This document shows, in pieces, positions 1 through 7,374 of a DNA stretch of 32,000 nucleotides. This DNA comes from Bacillus manliponensis (lineage in GTDB: Bacteria; Bacillota; Bacilli; Bacillales; Bacillaceae_G), in contig NZ_JOTN01000001.1 of assembly GCF_000712595.1 (NCBI RefSeq), positions 15,901 to 47,900 on the forward strand, read 5' to 3'. The notes beneath the pieces are model-generated. The model did not search any database. It worked only from the letters and a program-made list of their open reading frames with translations, and was not told the origin of the DNA. Within the stretch, counting starts at the first letter, position 1, and every line of letters starts with the position of its first letter. The position numbers were made by a program, and so were the translations under genes.

Positions 1-702
1 TATGTTACTTGTAATCCAGTACAATACAAGCCCTGCCGGTGCCATTGATCCCATAAATAAAATCATTGCTGGCATCATCACTTGTTGGACTTTCATCATT
101 TGTGCTTGTTCCGTTGCTATCCCATTTGACTGAACAACTTTCATTTGTAGAAATGTTGTCAATGCTGCGGCAACCGGTAATATATAATACGGATCAGTAT
201 GTCCTAAATTCACCCATAAGAATGAAGACGTGCGTATTTCCTCTGTATGACTAATTGCATAATACAATGCTGAAAAAATCGGCATTTGAATTAAAAGTGG
301 TAAACAGCCTGCGAGTGGATTCCATCCATTCTCTTTCATCAGTTCTGTCATTTCTTTTTGATATTGTTTTTGCTTTTCAATATCTTTGCTCACATCGCCA
401 TGCTTTTCTTTTAACTTTTTCAACTGTGGTTGCATTGCCCTCGTCTTCATTTGACCACGATACTGAGAAATCGCAAGAGGAATCATGAAAGAGCGAATCA
501 ATAGTGTAATGACGATAATAGCAATACCAAAGCTTTCATTTGGCAAGTGATGTGCAACAAATTGAAGCATAAGTGAAATAGGGTATACAAAGTAATGATC
601 CCAAAACCCTGTACTATTTGCATCAACTGTAGCTGCATTACTACAACCAGATAAAGCGAAAACAATAACAAGTAAACTGATGAGCCAAGCTCGTTTTAAC
701 AT
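1..702 (-). CDS. yidC: Membrane protein insertase, YidC/Oxa1 family lipoprotein. The first 234 codons are in the window and the 3' end runs off the window start.
   Basis: Absent from the ORF track because there is no in-window stop. The reverse-strand ATG is at 700-702, preceded by GGAGG (complement of 712-716). The translation MLKRAWLISLLVIVFALSGCSN has a lipobox (LSGC). It continues through GWNPLAGCLPLLIQMPIFSALYYAI and QMMKVQQVMMPAMILFMGSMAPAGLVLYWITSNI, which is typical of the YidC/SpoIIIJ/YqjG core. Confidence 0.85.
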   Translation of the reverse strand, partial: MLKRAWLISLLVIVFALSGCSNAATVDANSTGFWDHYFVYPISLMLQFVAHHLPNESFGIAIIVITLLIRSFMIPLAISQYRGQMKTRAMQPQLKKLKEKHGDVSKDIEKQKQYQKEMTELMKENGWNPLAGCLPLLIQMPIFSALYYAISHTEEIRTSSFLWVNLGHTDPYYILPVAAALTTFLQMKVVQSNGIATEQAQMMKVQQVMMPAMILFMGSMAPAGLVLYWITSNI

Positions 703-732
703 ATTTATATTCCTCCAATGTTTCGTATTTCT

Positions 733-1017
733 TTAGCGAAACATTGGTACATATGGACCTGTCTCATCGCTCTCATCGCTTGCTTGTTGTCTACGAATTG
801 AACGAATCATACCATATTTATAAAAAATCGAGAATAAATGACGATGTCCATCATTCTCTTTACATGTATGAACGACTGCAAAAGTACGCTGCCTCCCGCT
901 ACATGTTTTTTGGCTGACAAAGCGAGAAACGTTAGCATATAAAAAGACATCTAATAGACAGAGTGCTGTCGTGATGACATACATATAAAAAATCGCATCT
1001 TGCACTAAAAATTCCAT
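733..1017 (-). CDS. Hypothetical small membrane protein, directly upstream of and co-oriented with yidC
   Basis: ORF track lists 733..1080. I prefer the internal ATG at 1015-1017 (MEFLVQDAIFYMYVITTALCLL), which has GAAGGA about 8 nt upstream. It has one hydrophobic segment and an acidic C-terminus. I recognise no family. Confidence 0.45.
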   Translation of the reverse strand: MEFLVQDAIFYMYVITTALCLLDVFLYANVSRFVSQKTCSGRQRTFAVVHTCKENDGHRHLFSIFYKYGMIRSIRRQQASDESDETGPYVPMFR

Positions 1018-1201
1018 CGCTTCACATCCTTCTACACCCATTTTAGCACAACTCGTTCCAAAAAGAGAATTCCTTTTCATTGTTAAAAATAGCTAACCTC
1101 TTTACGAGTTATCTTAAAATCAGACAATTCTTTTAAAATGTGTTATAATGAATATATCTTATAAATTAAATTATAATTATGTAACGACGTAAGGAGATGA
1201 C

Positions 1202-1591
1202 ATGATGAATCGATATATACGCTACATAATCGCTATTGCTTTTTCTATCACAGGAAGTGTACTTTGCTTCTTAACAAACAGTCAGCTTAACAAACATTTT
1301 GTATTAAATAGTATAGAAACGATTGTAAGCGCTTTATTAATAGGTAGGCTTGTTCTCTTTTTCCTTGATTCTGAAGAAAGCTCGCAAAAAACCGTATTAC
1401 TTACAATGATCGGAATCGTTGGCGGTTGCCTTTCTTACTCTATAACAAACTATCCAATTGTTTTGCATATAAGTTCAGCGTTCTTCCACGGCTTATGGGC
1501 TTGGTTTATCGCCTTTTGCCTAGCTGATATGTTTAATTTATTACAAAGTCCTCAGCAGGAGAACGGAAATCATTTAGAAAGTAATTCTTAA
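1202..1591 (+). CDS. Hypothetical integral membrane protein (about 4 hydrophobic segments)
   Basis: ATG at 1202 is preceded by AAGGAG (1191-1196). An upstream TGTGTTATAAT -10-like element lies near 1139-1149, and a hairpin terminator follows. Confidence 0.6.
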   Translation: MMNRYIRYIIAIAFSITGSVLCFLTNSQLNKHFVLNSIETIVSALLIGRLVLFFLDSEESSQKTVLLTMIGIVGGCLSYSITNYPIVLHISSAFFHGLWAWFIAFCLADMFNLLQSPQQENGNHLESNS

Positions 1592-1593
1592 GA

Positions 1594-1630
1594 AAAACCG
1601 CCTAAAGTAAAGCTTCAGGCGGTTTCTTCA
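1594..1630 (+). terminator. Rho-independent terminator candidate
   Basis: Stem AAACCGCCT (1595-1603) pairs with AGGCGGTTT (1617-1625), followed by a T-rich tail. Confidence 0.6.
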
Positions 1631-1698
1631 TACGTTCACAAACTTTCTATAAATATATGAGAAATTTGAGAGAAACGTTTGTTACAGTAAAAGACATA

Positions 1699-1830
1699 TA
1701 TAAAGTGAAACTTCACTCAGCCCGACCAATCGGGCTTTTACGGGTTATTAATCTCCCACCTAAACTTCTTCGTTTTTTCCTAAGTTTTGAGGTGGGAGTC
1801 TTACAGCCCGCAAATAGCGGGATAAAGTAG
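1699..1830. repeat. Interspersed hairpin-rich modular repeat, copy 1 (longest); resembles the bcr-type repeats of the B. cereus group
   Basis: Modules are TAAAGTGAAACTTCACT (palindrome), GCCCGACCAATCGGGC (hairpin), CTCCCACC...GGTGGGAG (hairpin) and CAGCCCGCAAATAGCGGGATAA (hairpin). The same modules recur at 5096-5150 and 12034-12128. Confidence 0.7.
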
Positions 1831-2186
1831 ATGCGTCTATCTATAATTTTCTTAAAAAATCAACCTATGCTCCCTTTTCCTTCTACTTCAAAACCGCTAA
1901 TTTTGACGAATTTCTTTTTATTTATATAAAAGGAAAATGGATGAAATAGAGTGAAACTGTAAGTAATGCTATCTCTCCCGCATGAAGTTCCTATTTTCAT
2001 TCCAAAATCGCGTACTAACAACAAATAAAGGCTAAATTTGACACCAAGATAATTACAAAGATTACACATAAAAACTATCATTGTAACACTTTTGTAACAA
2101 AAGACTTGAAAAAGTATTAAAATACATATATATTAAAAGTATAAAAGGAAAACTTAACCACTCTTTCTTAAAGGAGGAACATAGTC

Positions 2187-3215
2187 ATGAAAAAACAGTT
2201 AACAGGTGCTTTCATCGCCGTTAGTTTATTATTTAGCGGTGTTCAAGGGGAGGTATATGCAGATACAGTAAAAAACTCTCAATCTACTTCTAAAGAAGGT
2301 TGGGTTCAACAAGAACATTCATGGTATTACTACATAAATGGAAAACTAGCAAAAGGTTGGGTTCAAGATCATGGAAGCTGGTACTTCTTTGATTATAAAA
2401 GTGGAAAAATGAAAACTGGCTGGGTTCAGTATACACCATATGATTGGTACTATTTAGGTGCGGATGGTGCGATGAAAACTGGTTGGGTATACAATAATCA
2501 CAACTGGTACTTTATGAATGAACAAGGTACGATGCAGCGCGGTTGGATAAAAGATAACGGAAAGTCATACTTCCTTCAAAACAACGGAGCAATGAAAACT
2601 GGCTGGTATCAAACTTCTCCTTATGATTGGTATTTCTTTGGTGAAGACGGAGCAATGAAGACTGGTTGGGTATACGATAAGAGCAACTGGTACTTCATGA
2701 ATGAAAAAGGTATAAAACAAACTGGCTGGATTGATTACAACGGAAAACGTTATTTCTTGCAAGAGAAAACAGGCATTATGCAAACAGGCTGGTACATTAA
2801 CGATCGTTTAGAATGGCACTACTTTGGTACAGATGGTGCATTAGTTGCTGACAAAGAACCATCTTCTATTCTATGGAAAGTACAAGGTACATGGTCAGAA
2901 CAAGAATTACCAAAAAGCCCACCGTACGTCGGCCCTGCTTTCACGATGGTGCAAATAAGCCCAATCTCTGAAACAGAAGCTATTGTTGCTGTCTCTTCTT
3001 ATTCTGATAATGCTGAAAGCTTAGCTTACGTTGACGGCACTGTAGCATTCCACAACAATAAAGGCACATTGTATTTTGAAGATATAGCTAGAAAAGGTGC
3101 AATTGATATTGAAATTTTAGATGGCAAAATTAACGTGAACATTCATCATACAGAAAAAAGTGACGAATTTAATTTAATTGAGGGGAAACACACGTTACCA
3201 ATTTATAATAGATAA
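2187..3215 (+). CDS. Secreted protein with about 10 CW_binding_1 (choline-binding/glucan-binding type) repeats and a C-terminal domain of about 120 aa with unknown function
   Basis: AGGAGG RBS and a signal peptide (MKKQLTGAFIAVSLLFSGVQGEVYA). About 20-aa repeats follow the pattern GWVxxxxxWYYfxxxGxMKTGW from residues ~38 to ~220. The repeat-free tail begins at KEPSSILWKVQG. Confidence 0.8.
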   Translation: MKKQLTGAFIAVSLLFSGVQGEVYADTVKNSQSTSKEGWVQQEHSWYYYINGKLAKGWVQDHGSWYFFDYKSGKMKTGWVQYTPYDWYYLGADGAMKTGWVYNNHNWYFMNEQGTMQRGWIKDNGKSYFLQNNGAMKTGWYQTSPYDWYFFGEDGAMKTGWVYDKSNWYFMNEKGIKQTGWIDYNGKRYFLQEKTGIMQTGWYINDRLEWHYFGTDGALVADKEPSSILWKVQGTWSEQELPKSPPYVGPAFTMVQISPISETEAIVAVSSYSDNAESLAYVDGTVAFHNNKGTLYFEDIARKGAIDIEILDGKINVNIHHTEKSDEFNLIEGKHTLPIYNR

Positions 3216-3218
3216 ATC

Positions 3219-3246
3219 AAAGAGGATGGCTACTGCCATCCTCTTT
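3219..3246. terminator. Bidirectional hairpin terminator between convergent genes
   Basis: AAAGAGGATGGC (3219-3230) pairs with GCCATCCTCTTT (3235-3246) across a 4-nt loop. Confidence 0.8.
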
Positions 3247-3247
3247 A

Positions 3248-3943
3248 TTAGTAAATCATTCGTTTATGCAACTCATACATATATTTTCCAATGTGTAAAA
3301 TATACATCAGCGAAATAGATCCAAGTAATATAAAATTAATTTCTGTTAAAAACGTATATATAATAGCTGCAAACCAGGCGAAAGCAAATGTTATATTCGT
3401 AAATTGATACGCCTTATAACCTGCCTCATGAACGAGATGCTTTTGTCCTTCATCTGCATTATGCGCCCACATTTCAAGAGATTGTGAATATGTTACACGC
3501 TGATCTGGATATAACGTGTTATACTGTTTTTTTGCGTAAAAGCCAAACCATATAACAATGAGAAGACACGTAAATGACAGTCCCATATGTATTAGTTCAA
3601 ACGTTATGTCCCCTCCGTTTGTATACATACGCCAAGTAGCAATAATCGTATAGGCAAACCAAGTAGATATAATAATCTCACTTGCGCGTAAATAAATTAA
3701 AAAACCGCCTAATTTTCTTCCTTGTATACTTTCTTCTTCATCACGTACATTTTTCAACTTACTCGTTACTTTCCAAAAGCGGTATAAAAAGAAAATTGCA
3801 AAGGCACCGCTTGCTATAAGTACTGTTAATAATGGAGATTTTTTATAACCAGCCGCAAATCCGTATCCACCAATTGCTCCAACAATTGCAGATATTGCAA
3901 GTATAACAAGCCCGTTCCATCTGCTCTGTACTTTATTCTCCAC
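3248..3943 (-). CDS. Integral membrane protein (about 6 TM segments), translationally coupled to the upstream XRE regulator
   Basis: 231-aa ORF. Its start overlaps the XRE gene stop by 11 nt (3933-3943). Hydrophobic segments run throughout. Confidence 0.65.
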   Translation of the reverse strand: MENKVQSRWNGLVILAISAIVGAIGGYGFAAGYKKSPLLTVLIASGAFAIFFLYRFWKVTSKLKNVRDEEESIQGRKLGGFLIYLRASEIIISTWFAYTIIATWRMYTNGGDITFELIHMGLSFTCLLIVIWFGFYAKKQYNTLYPDQRVTYSQSLEMWAHNADEGQKHLVHEAGYKAYQFTNITFAFAWFAAIIYTFLTEINFILLGSISLMYILHIGKYMYELHKRMIY

Positions 3944-4154
3944 TCTCTTCTTCCCCCTCTTCTAACTTAAAAATTTCTTCTACCGGAACACCAAAAACGT
4001 GTGCAATTTTTAATGCCAACACAATTGATGGTGCATAATCACCTCGTTCAATTAAACTAATCGTTTGCCGAGATGAATGAATTGCTTTCCCTAAATCCCC
4101 TTGTGATATTCGATGTTTTGCCCGAAACTCCCGGACTCGATTATGTAGCTTCAT
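3933..4154 (-). CDS. XRE/Cro-CI family helix-turn-helix transcriptional regulator (73 aa)
   Basis: The translation has a typical HTH_3 pattern, RISQGDLGKAIHSSRQTISLIERGDYAPSIVLALKIAHVFGVPVEEIF. RBS GAGGTGAGA lies upstream. Confidence 0.85.
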   Translation of the reverse strand: MKLHNRVREFRAKHRISQGDLGKAIHSSRQTISLIERGDYAPSIVLALKIAHVFGVPVEEIFKLEEGEEESGE

Positions 4155-4185
4155 ATCTCACCTCTTCTTCCCTATCTTGTTTAAA

Positions 4186-4257
4186 ATTGTAAATTATACA
4201 AATCCTTTTGTCAATTATAATTGTCACTTTGATAATTTTTATTGTCAAAATGACAAT
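4186..4257 (-). promoter_or_regulatory. Promoter of the XRE operon with candidate operators
   Basis: On the minus strand, TTGACA (complement of 4209-4214) is followed by 17 nt and TACAAT (complement of 4186-4191). A perfect palindrome ATTGTCAAAATGACAAT lies at 4241-4257, and TTGTCA direct repeats lie at 4207-4226. Confidence 0.55.
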
Positions 4258-4288
4258 AAAAAAAGACAGTATATCATTCATACTGCCT
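4255..4288 (-). terminator. Rho-independent terminator of the DedA gene
   Basis: The minus strand reads GGCAGTAT-GAATG-ATACTGTC followed by TTTTTTT. The hairpin overlaps the stop codon. Confidence 0.65.
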
Positions 4289-4897
4289 TCTATTATTTAT
4301 AATCTTACGCTTTATTTTCGTTCTACATTTCACTAAAATACCAATACATACAATGACGACAAAACCAAAAATAAATTTCCCGGCATTCGCATGTAGTAAT
4401 GCTGTAATTTCTTCTAAGTTCTCACCAAGCCAATAGCCAGCCAATAAGAAAAATGTTACCCAAAATAATGAACCAGAGTAAACGGCTATTGCAAAGCGGC
4501 GAAAAGGCAAGTTAATAATTCCAGCAAAGTAACCAGTAAAATGCCGTACTCCAGGAATAAAAAATCCGATAAACACGAGAAAATATCCGTAACGGTCAAA
4601 CCATATTCTCGTCAAATCTATTTTTTTCTGTGTAATGAACACGTATTTACCATACTTTTGAACAAACGGCATTCCTAATTTATTCCCTAAGAAAAATTGA
4701 ATCGTCATGCCAATGCTTGTCCCTAAAAACGATAAAACAATTAACAATGGTAACTGTAATTCACCAATATGAGCTAAATATCCAGCGTACGTTAACGTAG
4801 GCTCCCCTGGAAATGGGAGTGCGATATATTCTAATAACAATCCAACGAGAACAACATAGTAGCCATACTGTTGGAACAGTTCATACACCCATTCCAT
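4274..4897 (-). CDS. DedA family inner membrane protein
   Basis: 207 aa and multi-TM. DedA-type motifs are present: PFPGEPTLTYAGYLA and FIPGVRHFTGYFAGI. GGAGG RBS (complement of about 4906-4910). Confidence 0.8.
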   Translation of the reverse strand: MEWVYELFQQYGYYVVLVGLLLEYIALPFPGEPTLTYAGYLAHIGELQLPLLIVLSFLGTSIGMTIQFFLGNKLGMPFVQKYGKYVFITQKKIDLTRIWFDRYGYFLVFIGFFIPGVRHFTGYFAGIINLPFRRFAIAVYSGSLFWVTFFLLAGYWLGENLEEITALLHANAGKFIFGFVVIVCIGILVKCRTKIKRKIINNRRQYE

Positions 4898-5095
4898 GAC
4901 GCCGCCTCCTTTTCACCTCGTGCTCGTTATTCTTATTTTAAAAAAACTTCTTCGTACTCACCATCGGTTTAACTTACAGTTAGATTACATTATTGTAAGG
5001 AAACTCATTATAACTCCATATTAACTTCATATAAACTACATATACATATTGTACAATAATAACCGGTCATGCCAATTTTCAAAACTAATAAATTT

Positions 5096-5150
5096 ATATA
5101 AAGTGAAACTTCACTAACCAGGAAGTTTCAGCCTGCAAATAGCGGGACAA
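5096..5150. repeat. Modular repeat, copy 2 (short form with the internal modules deleted)
   Basis: ATATAAAGTGAAACTTCACTAA...CAGCCTGCAAATAGCGGGACAA matches the two terminal modules of the copy at 1699-1830. Confidence 0.65.
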
Positions 5151-5181
5151 ACTTTCTAACTTATAAAAGGGGACAATTACA

Positions 5182-5625
5182 GTGGAAGCATTTTCAATTC
5201 AAAACTTCGTTCAAACAAAACAAGAATCTTATAAAAGTGAAACAATCTTTAGCTTAAATGTATGTGAAGCAAATGCGTTCGATCCAGATTTAACGAAATC
5301 AACTACATTCTCTTGCATTGTGACAAAAGAAAATGTAAACGTGGTCATAAAAAAAGAAATTAGCCATCGTCCTGATAACAATGAAACGAAACAATATGTT
5401 ATTCCAACGCAGGCTTTTGATTACATCTTCCCTACTATTCGCGAAGATGCTGAAGAAATGATGATCCACGTACAAGGCTTCGGAAAACATGGTGAATTAT
5501 TAGTAAACGATCGATTGCTCGTCCAAGAAAACAATCGTACTAACGTAGCAAAAATTAAAACCTTCTTTGAAACATTAAATAAGAATGTTTGTTTAGCAGT
5601 AAATGGATTTCGAACAGAAGCATAA
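5182..5625 (+). CDS. Hypothetical cytoplasmic protein (147 aa); no family recognised
   Basis: GTG start is preceded by AAAGGGGA. No signal peptide or TM segment. It has coding-like composition over the whole ORF. Confidence 0.5.
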   Translation: MEAFSIQNFVQTKQESYKSETIFSLNVCEANAFDPDLTKSTTFSCIVTKENVNVVIKKEISHRPDNNETKQYVIPTQAFDYIFPTIREDAEEMMIHVQGFGKHGELLVNDRLLVQENNRTNVAKIKTFFETLNKNVCLAVNGFRTEA

Positions 5626-5736
5626 AACGTCTCTTAAATTCATATAAAACAGTAAATTATTTTTCTATTATTCTATTAACAAGAAAAATATGGTAAAATT
5701 TGATGGAATAATAGAAAAATATAAGGGGGAATTACT

Positions 5737-6486
5737 TTGAAAAAGAAAATTTTATCGCTTTTACTAGTTTCAGCTTTAACGGTTCCTACTATTTCGCATG
5801 CAGCAGAAACATCTTTCGTTCAACAACACTCCAAGAACAGCACTACTTCTGTAGAACAAAAACAAATAACTACATCTCAGGCTTCAACACAATTTTCAGC
5901 ACCAAAAGCTAGTCAACAAGTTAAAAATGGATGGAATTATTATGACGGCTATTGGTTCTATGTAAAGAATGGTCAATTGCAGCACGGATGGTTATATGAT
6001 GCTGGCAAATGGTATTACTTACATGAAAGTTCAGGAGCAATGTATTCCGATGGATGGTATCTCATTAATGGACAAGCTTACTACTTCGACAGCAATGGCT
6101 TTATGAAAGTTGGTTGGGTTCATGATGGAACTGGATGGGCCTATACAGATGCTAACGGTGTTGCACAAAATGGATGGATATACGATGCTGGCAAATGGTA
6201 TTATGTCGCTCCAGGTGGTTATATGTATGCAAATACTCCTGCCTTAGTTGATGGATCTTACTACTATTTTGGCCATAATGGTGCAGTGATGACAGGATGG
6301 GTATACACTTCAAATAGCTGGGCTTACTTTAAAGCAAATGGTGCACAACACGTTGGCTGGCTATATGATGCTGGCAAATGGTATTACTTCTATCACGGTT
6401 ATACGATGGTAACAAATGGTTGGGCAACAATCGATGGCGTTAGCTATTATTTCGATGCAAATGGTGTATATCAATATTCGCGATAA
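5737..6486 (+). CDS. Secreted protein made almost entirely of CW_binding_1 repeats
   Basis: TTG start after AAGGGGGA. Signal peptide is MKKKILSLLLVSALTVPTISHA. Repeats of type GWLYDAGKWYYL / GWxxxxGxxYYFxxNGxM appear about 9 times. The DNA unit TATGATGCTGGCAAATGGTATTA recurs three times. Confidence 0.8.
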   Translation: MKKKILSLLLVSALTVPTISHAAETSFVQQHSKNSTTSVEQKQITTSQASTQFSAPKASQQVKNGWNYYDGYWFYVKNGQLQHGWLYDAGKWYYLHESSGAMYSDGWYLINGQAYYFDSNGFMKVGWVHDGTGWAYTDANGVAQNGWIYDAGKWYYVAPGGYMYANTPALVDGSYYYFGHNGAVMTGWVYTSNSWAYFKANGAQHVGWLYDAGKWYYFYHGYTMVTNGWATIDGVSYYFDANGVYQYSR

Positions 6487-6512
6487 CAGCATAAAATAAA
6501 ACATATAAATGG

Positions 6513-6561
6513 GACTAGAGGAAAAATGATGATATAATTATTTTTCCTCTAGTCTTCTTTT
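6513..6561 (+). terminator. Rho-independent terminator
   Basis: GACTAGAGGAAAAAT (6513-6527) pairs with ATTTTTCCTCTAGTC (6540-6554), followed by a T-rich tail. Confidence 0.8.
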
Positions 6562-6708
6562 GAATATATAGAGTCAAGGTAGAAAAACACCTATCTTTAC
6601 ATGTATAATTAGGTGTAAAATGCAAATAGCTCTTAACATTTATAAAGGTTAATATTAAAATAAAATAGTTGACTGATATTTTAGAAAATCACTTGAGGGG
6701 GTGGACTT

Positions 6709-7374
6709 GTGAAGCGCATACTTGTCGTAGAAGATAATCCAAACATTCAAGAACTTATCCAGCAATTTTTAATGGAACAAAACTACACAGTTGATGTCGC
6801 TGGCACTGGCACAGAAGGAATACTCCTTTTCCAAAAAAATCCCTACGATCTCGTCTTACTAGATGTTGTGCTTCCTGATTTGGACGGCTATAGTATTTGT
6901 AAAATTATACGCGGACAATCTGCAGTTCCAATTATCATGTTAACCGGATTACATGATCAAGACAGTGAACTAAGGGGATTTGAACTGGGAGTTGATGATT
7001 ACATTACGAAGCCATTCCATTATCCTGTATTCGTTAAAAGAGTTGCCGCTGTGTTACGTAGAAGTAATTCAACAGAATCTGACAATACGAATATATTACA
7101 ACTAGAAGAACTAATGCTTGATTCTACCGCTTACACAGCATATGTTAACGGACAAGAAGTAGAATTAACAACAAAAGAATTTGAAATCATCCATACACTC
7201 TTAGAGAATCGTGGAAAAGTATTATCCAGAAGTGACCTATTAAATAAAATATGGGGCTATGAGCATTTAGGTGATGTTAGAGTAATAGATACTCATATTA
7301 AAAATTTACGTAAAAAATTAGATATTCCTTATATTAAAACAGTGAAAGGTATTGGCTATAAATTGGACTCGTAA
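6709..7374 (+). CDS. OmpR/PhoB-family response regulator
   Basis: GTG start after GAGGGGGTG. Receiver motifs are ILVVEDN and DLVLLDVVLPDLDG. The C-terminal winged helix reads LTTKEFEIIHTLLENRGKVLSRSDLLNKIWG...IDTHIKNLRKKL. Confidence 0.9.
   Translation: MKRILVVEDNPNIQELIQQFLMEQNYTVDVAGTGTEGILLFQKNPYDLVLLDVVLPDLDGYSICKIIRGQSAVPIIMLTGLHDQDSELRGFELGVDDYITKPFHYPVFVKRVAAVLRRSNSTESDNTNILQLEELMLDSTAYTAYVNGQEVELTTKEFEIIHTLLENRGKVLSRSDLLNKIWGYEHLGDVRVIDTHIKNLRKKLDIPYIKTVKGIGYKLDS

Noticed and set aside
66-488. Two plus-strand ORFs (62 and 77 aa)
   Set aside because: They are antisense to the well-supported yidC reading frame. They have no RBS and a low-complexity translation.
1860-2081. 73-aa minus-strand ORF
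   Set aside because: It lies in the AT-rich promoter region of the cell-wall-binding gene. There is no Shine-Dalgarno before its ATG, and its composition is atypical.
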